The position numbers and the translations under genes are program-made. The notes under the pieces were generated by a model, which saw nothing but the letters and a program-made list of their open reading frames with translations, did not search any database and was not told the origin of the DNA. 64,000 nt of DNA from positions 15,748,001-15,812,000 of the forward strand of contig CM022679.1 of NCBI GenBank assembly GCA_012295275.1, read 5' to 3'. This DNA is from Chrysomallon squamiferum. Taxonomy: Eukaryota > Animalia > Mollusca. Numbering within the stretch: the first letter of the stretch is position 1; each line of letters begins with the position of its first letter. Positions 1 through 14,005 of this stretch are shown here, piece by piece.

Positions 1-179
1 AAGCATTTCACCAACACTGGAACAGTGTTTATTTCATTTTATCAAATAATTAAATTACATACTTAAAATACATTACTAATTTTTTTCTTCCTATTGAATT
101 TGTGAATTTTTCTTTATTCCTTTGTTACGTTCTTTTTTCTTTCGTTCGTTCTCTCTTTATTTTTTCATTCTTTCTTTAT

Positions 180-181
<2 letters not shown>

Positions 182-246
<65 letters not shown>
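182..246. repeat. (GA)n microsatellite
   Basis: Directly visible perfect dinucleotide run. Confidence 0.95.
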
Positions 247-251
<5 letters not shown>

Positions 252-565
252 TTCTAAATATAACATTAATAGATTTGCTGTAACATGACTGTACACATTA
301 GAAAACGATTCATTAGCACGTCCAACCAATTAATTATGTAAATGTTATTAACGGCAATTAATGTATGTATATATAAATGCAAATATTTATGTAGAAAATA
401 TTCAGTGAAAACAGATTTCAAGATTTTCTAAATCAAGAATAGAAAAGAAAGAAAACTGGAAGAAAAAGAAAGGAAGGAAGAAATACAGAAAGAAAAGAAG
501 GGAAAATAAAAGAAGAAAAGAGGGAGCTTAATTTTTAAAATTACCATTGTACACTTTTTCTGAAT

Positions 566-601
<36 letters not shown>

Positions 602-1340
602 TATTTATTAATTTTACACTTAAGCTGTTACAGTAATAGAATAAAAATGTAGTAAATATTTATACTAGAATTAGCAGTGATACTAATATTATTATTTTAA
701 ATATTGTAACAAAAAATAATGAAATAAAAGGCAATTAAGAATTACCAGTACAACATGAATATAAGACATATGGTGTTTCAAGCCATATAGCTGAAGCAAA
801 AAACAAAATATACAACAACAACTTATGGATTATATGTCGCTCTTTGAAATTTATGTAAAATTTTAAAAATATGATAATAAATGAATAAAAAAAAGATATT
901 AAACAGTTCCGTTATTTGAATAAAAGAATGCTTGTTAATATCAAAAGAAAAATAACAATGCAGCGCTCGTATATCATGGTTGTCACTAGTTTAATATTAA
1001 ATGAAGATAATTGTAAAGGAAATTAAAATAATGAGGAAGAAGTCTGTTCTGGTAATTAGAAACATAAATATCTCATTGTTCGAGATACTGAATACAGTTT
1101 GACAACATAGTAAATGAGATATCGGGACGTTCAGTAAATATGCTAATTAGGGGAAATCATCTGCTGCTCGCGGTCTGGATGCTTTAGGAAGAGATTTCTT
1201 GATAAACAGAGCACTTTAATGCTCGTCTTTGTTGACATTTTGGTAGAAGAAAAACAATTACAAGATATTTATTTATATAGTCATTTATTTATTTATTTAT
1301 TTATTTTTTTTATTTATTTTTTTATTAAATAATAATGATA

Positions 1341-1398
<58 letters not shown>

Positions 1399-2102
1399 TT
1401 GTATCGTTATTCATTTTCTATTAATCTCGATCTTTAAAAGCATTTTTTTAAAACAGAATTCAAAGTTATCAGTTCAATATTTTTCAGTGTAATTTCTTCT
1501 CATTTTATTTGATCTGATTCTAAAGTCAAACATATAAAACACAATTGATAATAAATAAACCTCATAAAAACTTTATTCTGTAAACAAATGTGCGCACAAT
1601 ACACACACTAAAACATGTATTTTTAAAATTAATTTTAGTCTATAGGTTTTTAATGTTATCTGCTTAGAAAATTATCTACGACAAAATTTCTGAGGACAAA
1701 ACAAAATCTTAAAGAACACTGTTTATTTTATTTAGATATTACATTTACCCTGCATTTAATATGGTATAAAAATGTCGCTGTTACATAATATTCTTTAAAC
1801 AAAAATGTAATATGACAGCAAATATAACACAGTGCGAAATAAAGTTTAAAATATTGCCTATGTTTGCAAATTACTGCTACAGAGATATCCCTCTATGTAT
1901 ATACTTTTGAATTATATTTGAGAAAATCTTGGAAAGATTTTTTGTCATAAACTGTTAATACCACGGCATATAGAAACACGCCTATGAAATCCGGAACATA
2001 AAAAGTTTAAAGACTAAACATGCATACGACAAGTATCAAAATATGCAAATATTAATATTTAGAAAAAAGGTTCTTCTGAAAAAAAAAAAAAATAAAATAA
2101 AA

Positions 2103-2135
<33 letters not shown>

Positions 2136-2770
2136 AAAAAAAAAAAAAGGAAAAAGTTTTAAAAAACAAAACATTCGAAAGTTATGCATATGGACTGTAA
2201 TGTTATAAGCCATGTTTCCCATAATCCCCTGCGCGGTGCACGTTCAACAATGATGCTACGAACAAACGCAAAAGGTAGACATTGTCTTGTTGGTGTTTGC
2301 TTTTTGCACAAATTCAAAAGGATGAATAATCCACGTATCGTTTGAAAATGAGGTTTTCTTTGTTCTCAAACCAGCGGCTTGTTTGAAGAGGTCGATTTTC
2401 TAAGAAGTAATGTACAAAGACAGAATGTCCTTTTTAAAAACGGCATTCCGTCATCATCATTTTCACTCTCCTATATGTGTTAATTTGTTTTAGATTCGGA
2501 AACTTCTTAAGAAAAACTCTAAAACATAAGTACAATTATTTTATGCAATATCTATCTATCTATCTATCTGTCTGTCTGTCTGTCTGCCTGTCTTTCTAGT
2601 TGTCTGTCTGTCTATCTATAGTTATTCGTTTTCTGTTTATTTTGTATTCTTACTAAATTTATCATTTCAGATTTTGTTTTAATTTTTTTTAAGATTTGCC
2701 GGACAAATGCAAAGTAGTGTTTACCATTGTTATTAAAATAACAAGAAATTTTCTATTTAGGGAATGCGTA

Positions 2771-2823
<53 letters not shown>

Positions 2824-5055
2824 TTTTATATCATCATAGTTACCATTATAATTATGTTTCTTATATATTTATTCAATGAATTTAATTTTTCATTATCTTT
2901 GTTGTTTACTTTTAACCATATTTTAAACATTTCAATATAGAGACTGGAATATTAACTAAATTACTTTAATGTATATATTTTAACAGAATTAAACAAAACA
3001 AAAATGAAAATAATAATAAATTAATAGAGTTAAAATAAAATAAAATAAAACAAAACGAAATAAAATAAAATAAAATAAACTGTTAAATTTTAAAGTTTTA
3101 TGTTTGTTTACTTTTTTCTTATTTTCTGTTCCATTTTCTTTAAAAAAAATAGTACTAAAGAAATTTCTTATTACATAGTTAGCAATTTCTAAGAATATAG
3201 TTTAATACTATAATCTCTTTAATCAAACCTATGAGCAAACAAACTTATATACATTTATCATACAAATATCGTATTTAATTTTAATTATTCTATTTGTCTC
3301 ATTAATTTCGTTTTGTTTCCGTTTTGAAAAACAATCCTATAAACAATATATTGTTAATTATTTAATAAATTTAAAAACTGGTTTAACAACAACAACAACA
3401 ATAATTATAATAATAATAATAATATGTTTACTTCTAAAAAAAAACTAACAATCTAATTTTGAATATTAAAAATAAACAAATCAGAAATCATAATTTAGGC
3501 TGGACTCTTTTTGTATCTTCTATTTAACAAAGAAAGAAAAGTAATATATTCTGATATTTTTACAGGAGATTAACGTTTTTCTTTCTTCTTTCTCCCGCAG
3601 CCATTTGGCTCAAGTGTTTCACTTTCCATTCTGTCTCCAGCTTCCTCCGAGGAATATTTTTTGCTTCATTTACATTCCAAAACACAAAAACAAACTGTCA
3701 TTTCACCCTCGACGTAAATCATTTCACTCAAAGCTTTCGACTTAAAACACACAAAAGAAGTTGCCACAAACGTCACAGTCACCGTACAGCCGTTTGATCC
3801 GGCTGGGAGTGGAGACGTCACCCCAACAGACGACGCTGTCGTCGTAACGCGAAACCTTTAAGTGCGTATTGTTACACCATCCTCGAAAAAAATTGAAAAA
3901 TGTTCAATATTGTCTGCCGATAGGCCCAGTTAAGTTTTGTTGTAAAATACCTGACATATGGGACTCAAAGCTTAATTCAAACTTAATTAATCCCGCCTCA
4001 AGTAACCGTGGAGAGAAAAGTAAAGCTGCGGAAAAACGCCAAACGTTCGCGCGATCATTGACCATGCTCTTCAATAAAGGGAGGAAAGTAAATAAAGAAA
4101 AGAAGAGAAAATGTAAAAGAAGAAGCAGAAAAGAAACGAAAATGGAGTTTGAGAACACAGCAATTAAATTCCAAACAGACGGTTGGTGTTGAATTTTCCG
4201 ATTTCGAATTTGATCAGCTATTTTTTATTCTTTGGTTTCTGTTGATTTCTACAGCTGTTGTAAAAAAAAAAAAATTACCACGGAGAATATAATTTAATTA
4301 CAATTTTTAAACCACAAGTTTCTTAACATTTACCTAGCAACGAATGTTACGCAAAATGTTTGTTTAAAAATTAACAATCTGATAAACAAACAAAATAATA
4401 AATAAATAAATGTTGTGAATTTAAAACATAAATAAATAAATAAAAAAATAATAATGATGATGATGATGATGATGATGATAGCTATAATAATATATTATTA
4501 CATAATTTTTAAATTATTAAAAACTGAATCAATGTAAAGCAAGAAAGAAATCTTTAAATATTTCAACGAAATAAGAAAAATTTTTTTTAGAAAAGAATGA
4601 TTACCACCATGTTAGTATTATAACAGTAAAATAACATTAAGCGCGAGCGGTTTTAAATTTGTGAATTAACCTTTGGTGTCTTTCTAAATATCAATAATTT
4701 ATGGTCATTTATTTTATTTCTTGTAAATACAATTTATTAAAATATTCCTGCTAGCTGTTTAATGTATTCATATATCTAACATAGCAACAAGAAGAGGAAT
4801 CTGGAATTATAAAGATTGCTAAATGTATTATTAATGAATGTAAAACGCAAGAACCAAACTCATGAATCTGTCTGAAACTGAATGTTTTTAATAAAACGAA
4901 AACACCCCAGAAAGGTTAATACAGACATACTAACTAGAGAAATTCATCCATATTAATGCAATTCATTTTATTTGCATTTGCATTTTTTTTATCAAAGACT
5001 AACGTTAGCGTAAATGTATATATATTTTGTAAACAGAGCATTATAACTGAAATTT

Positions 5056-5101
<46 letters not shown>

Positions 5102-6476
5102 ATAATCGCAAAGTAGAGCGCACATACAGGTACAAGCACGTATTCATAAAACTATGTATAATTTTTAATATTGTAGAACAGATTCACGTATATTTTCATC
5201 GAAACCACTTCAGACATGCATAGTCACACATAAATAGTATTTCACTCTTTTTATACAAAATATACCTAAAAGTATAGTTGTATTGTCTAAAAAAAAAAAA
5301 ATAACGTTTTTAATAAACAGTAATAGAGAGGCTATATTTATGTAATACAATTTTTGTTACTGATAAAATATTATATTATTGTCAAAAAACAGAAAATAGA
5401 TTCCATTTTTATAACCAGTGTTTATATATTTGGATAGATATAATTCTATAATAATAATCATAAAGACGTTAAGAATTTCTATTATAAGTGTAATATATTA
5501 GATTTTTTCCTAAACAAAATTTTGCCTATATTGTAAGTGACACTGTGTATTTGTATCTGTTGGATACAAATATTTGTTTAGAACATTTTAAAATTTTCTT
5601 GGAATATTAAAATTATGCATGTTGCATTTAATTAACAAGATTTATTCTTTTACAAAAACACTTGAGATTTACTAGTTATATAGTTTATGATGCTATATTT
5701 TATAAATAAATTCAGAAAACTATAGGCAACAAGAATATGTTTAATTACTAAATTAGAAATCTTATAAATAAAATGCAGAATTTTCCATTATCATTGCATT
5801 TTCATTAAATATAATATAACTTCGAAATGTGCGTTAATTCCTTTCATCAAAAAATTACTGTATCGTACTTTATTTTGTATAAGCTTTATTATATTTGTAT
5901 TAATATTTTATTTTATTTTATTTTATGTTAGTTTAGTTTTTTACTATTAGTTTTTTAATTTAAATCTTTATTGCATTGTATGTCATTTATTTATTTATTT
6001 ATTTTGTACATCTTATAAATAAGTAAGAAAAATATTCATGTTAATTTTAAAAAGTCAAATTAAATAAAATGAGCTTCCTGATTCTGTGTACTGTTATTTC
6101 CAAGTAACATAATTTTTATTTCCCTAATTTTCTATTTTTAATTATATTGGACGTTTAACAAAAAACCGGCTGGAAAAATACCAATTGTTCAATGACAAAC
6201 ATTTATTTATTATAATACGTATATTATGCAATAATGAAATTTTAGCATTTAAATAAATTTTAAAAAGTAACTATTACTTTGTTTTGAAACGTCTATGTAA
6301 ATTCCTGGTAACAGATGTTTACATTCCATTTGTATATATCATTTTATATATTAAATCTTTTAATATATATACATACATTTTTATATGGCTATATGCCTAT
6401 ATTGCGTATTTTGACATAATATTTATACGCTAAATTGTAGTTCTTTAAATATCTACATCTACATCTATTTATCTAC

Positions 6477-6536
<60 letters not shown>

Positions 6537-6747
6537 TGTAAATTAATTAATTTAATGTTACTTTTTGTAAACAAGATGGATATAAGTACATGTTAATAGA
6601 ACAACAAATTCTAGAATTAAACATTAATACAGAAATGTGTAATCACCATGAGCATTTATACACACAATAAAATATTATTATAAATAATAAAATAATTTTA
6701 GAAAGTTAACTAAATAATTACATGAATAAAAAAAATAAATAATTACA

Positions 6748-6778
<31 letters not shown>

Positions 6779-6794
6779 CAACAACAATTCCTAC

Positions 6795-7029
6795 CTGAAT
6801 GGAACATTTCGCGCTGATCAATTTTCTCTTCTTTCACTCGACTTTCAAACGCAGTCGACATTTCACTGGTCATGGCGCTTCCAAACTCCTTCTCAGCAGA
6901 CGATGACATCGCACGTGCGCTCGAGACTAACGTCTGCTGTTGTTGCATTCCCGCCGTGTGTGGGGGGATTCGCCCGGTTCTATAGTCAATCGAGAAATGT
7001 TGCTGATTTGTTTCCATTTCGGTCGAAAT
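6795..7029 (-). CDS. N-terminal coding exon of a second, unidentified gene (ISTEMETNQQHFSIDYRTGRIPPHTAGMQQQQTLVSSARAMSSSAEKEFGSAMTSEMSTAFESRVKEEKIDQREMFHS); ATG at 7017
   Basis: Strong acceptor tttctgttttctttttgcag, stop-free non-repetitive frame (ORF 6718..7035), phase-1 donor CAG|gtagga after 6795. Q/S-rich composition with a VKEE SUMO-type motif. No further coding exon was found in 1-6794, so the gene continues off the window. Confidence 0.7.
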
Positions 7030-7079
7030 CTGCAAAAAGAAAACAGAAATTTAAATCACTGATTACGAAATCCAGGAAT

Positions 7080-7860
7080 TAAGCAGGAAGTCTATCTATA
7101 GCTGGGGAATGGACTTAAACGCCGCTTACAGAGAATTAAAGATAACATGGACAAGATTTGTAATCAGTATATCAATCGGTCAAAGAAGGACTAAACAAAA
7201 TCTTTTTTGAAATTCTTGCGATTATTTCAGATTTTCTCTAATGCCGAGATGTTTTGAAAAGTGTTATAAATGCATTAACGTTGGGATTCTCTCTCTGGAA
7301 GACAGCGGGCTACGTAAGTCTCTTTCAGCTGATAAGAAAAGACGGGTTTTGCTGGATCTATAAACGGTGCCCTTTTCTGAGCCTCCCGGAAAACGCCAGA
7401 AAGTCTCCATTAATAAGCAGATGACACCGATTTTCCGAGGTTAATCAAATGTCTACTCGACCGTTAAATTTTGCAAATAGAGCGAAGATTAATCAATCGG
7501 TGAAAGCATTGCTAAAATCTTTCGTTTTGGTTATTATAAACTAGACCATTCTGGGCATCATACCGCGTGACTGCTTATTCTATTTCATTTGGCATGACGT
7601 ATCAGCGAAACGGATCATATTGCTTGCGACGACATTTGACTTCTCCACAATGAAAACGTCTCCTAGGAGAAGAATATTATCATAGAAATAAGCGGTCTTA
7701 AATCTCCATCCGTAAACAGGAGCAATCGTTACGTTTCATACAGAATCGCTTCCTGGAGCAACAAGACTAATTTGGCGAGGGTATATCTTCATTGAATCTC
7801 GCTGCCCCCATTAGAAAAACGTCGATCATGATGGGCGATATGCCGACTCGCTATGCTCAG
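7080..7860. promoter_or_regulatory. CpG-retaining island in the intron upstream of the second gene's coding exon (candidate enhancer)
   Basis: Complex sequence with ATCAATCGGT repeated at about 7171 and 7492; non-coding in all frames examined. Confidence 0.35.
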
Positions 7861-8585
7861 TAAAAAAAATTCTTTTTTTTATTCTTTTTTTTTCTCCTCT
7901 CCCAATTCAGAAATTTATTCTATACTCCACACTGCGCAAAGATGATGATTTCGACAGAGAGGAATAAAAAACACCGAGAGGTGAATAAGGACTTTGCGAT
8001 ATAAATAATTAGAAATGGTTTTTAATCTGAATTTGTAATTTAAAGATTCGCGTATTGTTTTCTCAGATGAACTGACCTCTGAAAAGATTGAGTTGGCAGG
8101 ATAATATTACTCAATTATGTTTTCTTTAATTGTGTGCCGTAATCATTTTCCTTGATTATTTTATTCATTTATGCGTTCCAAAGAATTAATGCATGACACA
8201 AAATTCTGAGTTTCTAATCGTACAATATGTTGTGGGTGCTTAATTCTCAAAATAACAACAAAATGAATAGTTAATTATGATTATAATGATAATGATAAGG
8301 ATGAACTGTAAAAATTTAAAAGGGGGAAAAAAACCACTCTGACATTAAAATGATAATTTTAGTTTTATGACAAAATGAATATTACACAAAAAATTATAAA
8401 ATATTGCTTTTTTTTACTAACACAGATCTTTTATTGTTAGTTGGTTGATTTCACATAATCTACTAAAATTTTTGTAATAAGTTAATTTTAAATTTAAAAA
8501 AAATCTTTTTTTATTCATTGTCCGGAAATCTCTTTCTTTCACAAAACAAATATTATCTATCAACAATTTAATGTTAAAAAGATAC

Positions 8586-8691
8586 CTGAAATAAATGTTT
8601 AAAAAATACGACCATGTACTTTTAAATTACATTTTGTACTTTCATTCCCAGCCGCTCAGTCGTTTTCCTCTCTCATCTCATCTCCACGGCT

Positions 8692-8746
<55 letters not shown>

Positions 8747-8800
8747 CGTCAGAGCGACTGAAGCACCATCCAGAGAGAGAGAGAGAGATTAAGTTATACA
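8586..8800 (-). promoter_or_regulatory. Candidate proximal promoter and non-coding first exon of the second gene
   Basis: Initiator-like TCAGTC (A at 8759), an upstream (CT)n tract and TATAAC at 8798-8793, which is somewhat far at -39. Donor CAG|gtatct after 8586. Confidence 0.4.
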
Positions 8801-9550
8801 TAAATCAGAACAGCCATTTATTAGGCGATGCCTCGCGACTCTCATTAAATGACCGTTGAGATGCTATTTAGATGAAAATTAGCCTTGTCTTTGGTCTAAT
8901 GCAAGGCGTTTGTATGGGCCTCAGCGCCTCACATTGCCCACCGATAAAATTGACAATCAGATTGTTCTTTTATGTCAGTCACAACACACACAGCCGTCCG
9001 GACCTGCCGGGAATTTTCGCAATTTCGTGTTAGCAGTTAATCTTGGTGACAGATATTAGCAAACGCTCCATTTGGTGCTGTTATGGCCGCCGTGGATGGC
9101 AATGAAGGGAGAGAAAGGGGAGTAAAAGCCGTCGGCGGAGGCAATACCCACGAGGGGAGATACTGTAATATTTCATCACAGAATATTGCTTCCGAGGAAA
9201 GTTTGGTCTTTCTAAACTGGCCACCTGCTTTGACGATATTACAGAAATCTTTTGTTGTGTTATGAAAACAATGAACTGCTCTTCATACATGATTAAATGC
9301 TGTAATTATTTTGTTTATAAATTCCTTAATACAAACTCATACGTTTAAAATTAGCTGCGTTCGTATCTCGAGTTTCATTGTGATATTGCAATTTCTAATG
9401 ACGATTATAACGACAATTATAATATTATTAATAAACAAATAATTATATAAGAGTGAAATATTGATGAAAATGATAATGAATAAAGAATCAGAAATAAATA
9501 AATAATAATATTCAGTAAAGAATAGCAGTACAATTGTAGTAATCACAGTA

Positions 9551-9593
<43 letters not shown>

Positions 9594-9662
9594 CAGTAGT
9601 AGCAACAGTTTTTGTACAGAATATTTTATATGTATATGTGTATCTGTAGATCAGCTTCGTTT

Positions 9663-9957
9663 ATATATTTTTTAAATTATTATTTATTGCTTTTATTATC
9701 ATTCTTATTGTACTTGTCTTTGTCTTTGTGTTTTATATATATATATATATTCCTTTCGTTGTCTTTGTTATATATATATTTATATATATAACAAAGACAA
9801 CGACAAGTACAATAAGAATGATAATACAAGCAATAAATAATAATTTAAAAAATATATATATATATATACACACACACACAGAAACATAAATAAGTAAGAG
9901 GAATATATATATATATATATACACACGCAGACACAGAAACATAAATAAGTAAGAGGA

Positions 9958-9990
<33 letters not shown>

Positions 9991-10054
9991 GAAACATAAA
10001 TAAATAAAAGGAATATATATATACACACACACAGAAACATAAATAAGTAAGAGG

Positions 10055-10088
<34 letters not shown>

Positions 10089-10228
10089 GAAACATATATA
10101 TATATATATATACACACAGAAACATAAATAAGTAAGAGAAATATATATATATACACACACACACAGAAACATAAATAAGTAAGAGGAATATATATATATA
10201 TTCCTCTTACTTTTTTATTGTCAATAAT

Positions 10229-10290
<62 letters not shown>

Positions 10291-10330
10291 CAAAGACAAC
10301 CACAAGAACAATAAGAATGATAATAAAAGC
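9663..10330. repeat. Compound minisatellite with nested inverted repeats centred on (TA)n
   Basis: About 65-bp inverted repeat 9663-9728 / 9792-9857. Six full and one truncated copy of (CA)n-GAAACATAAATAAGTAAGAGGAA-(TA)n at 9881-10190. Palindrome at 10177-10212 and a third arm copy at about 10285-10330. Confidence 0.9.
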
Positions 10331-10529
10331 TTACTTATTGTTATTTTTGTTGTCCTTATTATTATGTGATTTATTTACTTAACCTTATCGTGTAAAATTT
10401 GTTATTCAGATTTGCTCTAAAACAAATAAAAAAACAACAACAACAACAACAAAAATAAATATTGACAAAGAATAAAGAACCACCAAATTTAATCTAATGC
10501 AAGAATATTCATTACTTCAAAATATCAGT

Positions 10530-11280
10530 GCTCCACTAATAGGGGAGGAACATACATATTTCAAAAATAAACTATAATTGTGGTTATTCTGATATTACCA
10601 ATAAGTCGAATCCGCTATGTATAGAATCATTAAACTGGTTTTAGGCAATTTAAATATTATGAAAATTGACCTCTATAGTCTGTAAATATGAGAGTTGTAA
10701 TTCAAGAAGAACAGCACGTCTAATAATAAATTGTGATGACTGGTGTTGCAAACAGGGAATCAGGATTTCTGAACTTTCGAAAAATAAATTTATATAGACT
10801 CTGAAATAGCGAAATATTTTTTAAAATTTTAAGCTTCTCTGTAATAATTGAGGTTTACAGATAAAACCTCAAATAATACAGAAAACTGTATTATTTATTG
10901 ACTGTATCGCTTAAATCCTTTTTATAAGTGCATAGGCACGTAAAATATAACGGAACTTCAATTCCGCAATCTTTTAAATGGATATATTCATTTTATAACA
11001 GCTGAGCTCCACTAATGAAGGAGGAATGTTGGTTTAAAAATAAACTGCAATGGCCGCAGAACTGAAATTACGAGCGACGTTGCTCCGCGCTCCGCTGCTC
11101 TCGTTTAATGAAGGTGGACTATTGTTTAAAAATTGACTGTTGTACTGACGTCATTACAAAAAGCAATGGATTACCTACACTCGAATAAAATATTATGAAA
11201 ACTGAACTCTCTCCAAGTCTGTAATATTAGTGAGGTATTTGAATAGCCTCAAACATGACGATCACTAACAAACTGATGAG
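10530..11280. repeat. Diverged tandem duplication of a non-coding block (10530-10740 vs 11006-11280)
   Basis: Collinear shared words GCTCCACTAAT, GGAGGAA, AAAAATAAACT, CTGAwATTAC, AAATATTATGAAAAyTGA and AGTCTGTAA. Confidence 0.7.
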
Positions 11281-12259
11281 ATTATTACCGAAATGCAAGC
11301 AGCAAAGAAGAAAAACAAACCTGCTAAATTTTCGTCAAATGAAATTTTCACCGCGAACGTAATTAATTAAGATCCTCTGAAAACAACATTAATTCTTTTG
11401 ATCTATCTTGCCACCTCTTTTCCATCATCCGTCTTTACGTGCAATAGAGTCCACTTCATCTAGAGTGGATAAATACTTAAAACTTCGTCAAACGCTGCGA
11501 GATTTCAGATACAATTACTGAAATTATCACCAAACTCCATTTGCTTCAATTAATGAAAACGCCGAAATGAATGTTTTGGCACAGCCGAGAAATTTAGCTT
11601 TGCGCGCTGTGGATTTTGTTTAAATCGTCGACGGTAAAAGAAAGAAAACAAAATCACGGAGAAATTCCATCGGTTTTATTTGGAAAATCCGAATTAATTC
11701 CCGCTGAATTTACGGGGCTAAAAAGGCACGAATGGCGATGTTCTATTATGTCTTTCTAAAGTCGGCGATCGCTTCTCCTTCTTATCTAATTATTACTGTT
11801 ATGGTAGTAGCCACTTTTAAATAATCCTTCACGAAATCAAGATGATTAAAGACGGTATTGTCCTTTCCGCGTTGGGTTCCATAGTCGCACGGGCGAGGAT
11901 TCAGGAACCCATGAAATATCCTTCATTTGATGCAGATGCAACGAAAATAAGGCTTACAACAAACGAACTCGGAGAACGTGATGTGAATTCGCCACTGCTC
12001 AAAATGATCTTCTCATTGCAATTTTACAAATTGTAACAAATGAAAAGACATTCCTGGTCAGACCGAAATATTTTTGTGTCATTGTCCCCCGTTCCTTAGT
12101 AGCTTCCCGTTTACGTGACATTCCATGCCGAGTTTTACATCAAGTCCCAACCGCCCATGTTCCAGAGTCGAAGTTCGAAACGTGTTTTCTAAGAAATTAA
12201 AGTATTCTTACATTAGCAGATTAGATTTTATTTTTGGCCTAAGTTGATGTGTTTTAAAT

Positions 12260-12307
<48 letters not shown>

Positions 12308-13922
12308 CATAATCATAAAAAACGAATCGATGTAAGTTTACTGAAGGTGGGAAATCTTTATTATTATTATTATTTTCTATTAGTATGCATTAAATAAAAA
12401 AAACAAAAACAACCTGAAATGGAATCTCATGAAGTTATATTGTTTGTATTCCATTAAATGATAGTTTTAAATACAGTTTCATTAAAGGGAGGCCTTCCGC
12501 GGTCTATAACTTAATTAAATATAATGAGAATGTAATACATTTCAATAGCTAACTGTCTGTGTTCATTTTTCACTGCATCATTCGGTCAAAAGTAATCATT
12601 AAAATTATCAGTATTACTTGTTTTAAAGCTCTAAAAAATACAACACTCCTATCGATATGCAAAAAAAATAAATAAATATTTAAATAAATAAATAAATAAA
12701 TAATAATAATAACAACAAATAAATAAACAAACAAATAAACAAACAAATAAATAAATAAACAAGTAATAATAATAATAGTAACAATAATAATTATAACAAC
12801 AACAAACAAACAAACAAACAAACAAACAAATAAATAAACAAACAAATAAATAAATAAATAAATGAATAAATTTATAGAAAAAATAGAAAAAAGAATTAAA
12901 CTGTCAAATATAATTATATCGAATTTCCTTTACTGAAGATTTATTTCAAATGTTTCATAATTTATCCTACATCTGTAATTTTCTTTTTAATAATTTAAAC
13001 AGTGAATTGCGTAGAAAGGACACTAACATATACATATACATATATATACATATACATATACATATATACATTTTCATTTCCATCCGAAGTTCTGTACATT
13101 ATGATAATTTGCATCTAAAAGTATAATAAAATGAGAGTTCTTATATAAAAAACTTTTATCATTTTATGCATAGATATCGCAAACGCAAAACCTGGAGAGA
13201 ATGGTAAAAACATTAAATTAAAAGTCGCATATTGTAAAGACGGCTGAACTTTTTAAAATTCCGTCAATAATCTTTTCTATTTAAATGTGAAGTTAACAAT
13301 CATTAGAGCTCGGCAATACTGGTTGTAGTACTGGCATCAGATACAATTTACATTTAATAGACGCAGGCTTAGACATGCTGTGACATTATTTATAATTAGA
13401 AGAAAACAGTGACTAGAAAATGCAGCAGTTTGTCTAAAATATATTAAAATTACGCACATTCATAACTTTATTTCTGTGCACTTCATCTACCATGTCTCTG
13501 AGTTGAGGTTTCAATTAAACATTAATTAATTCACAAAGATATGTAATTTTAAACGAAGAAATGTTTAATATAATATAAACAAAACCTCGATACGAATGTA
13601 TTTTTTTAATTAATTAATTAATATACTTATTTATTTCTTTATTTACTTTTTTAAATTAATTTTTCTGTTTAATTTAATTCTATTTATAATTTCTCATATT
13701 AATTAGTATTTTACTAAAATACTATTGTTGACAGAAGAAAATAATAAGAGAGATGAAATAAATTTTATTGATGAAAACAAAAAATAATAATAAAAATAAA
13801 ATATTTATCTAAATAAAGGCAGATCTGAGAAAGCAATATTTCCATAGCTCTTCTAAGATTAAATCTCTAATTGAATTTCTTATGTCGACCGTCGGCTGCT
13901 AGTGTATTGGTTGATGTATGTT

Positions 13923-13924
<2 letters not shown>

Positions 13925-14002
<78 letters not shown>
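13925..14002. repeat. (CT)n microsatellite
   Basis: Directly visible. Confidence 0.95.

Positions 14003-14005
<3 letters not shown>

Noticed and set aside
3869-4192. 107-aa plus-strand ORF with a Lys/Arg-rich stretch
   Set aside because: It has a non-ATG start, its composition is explained by a purine tract, and it lies antisense within an intron.
9881-10190. Repeat-spacer array superficially resembling CRISPR
   Set aside because: The spacers are only (TA)n/(CA)n of variable length, there are no cas genes, and the context is eukaryotic.
9733-10303. Long ORFs of 130-152 aa, plus the many poly-I/Y/L/N ORFs across the track
   Set aside because: They are translations of microsatellites and AT-rich low-complexity DNA with no coding signal.
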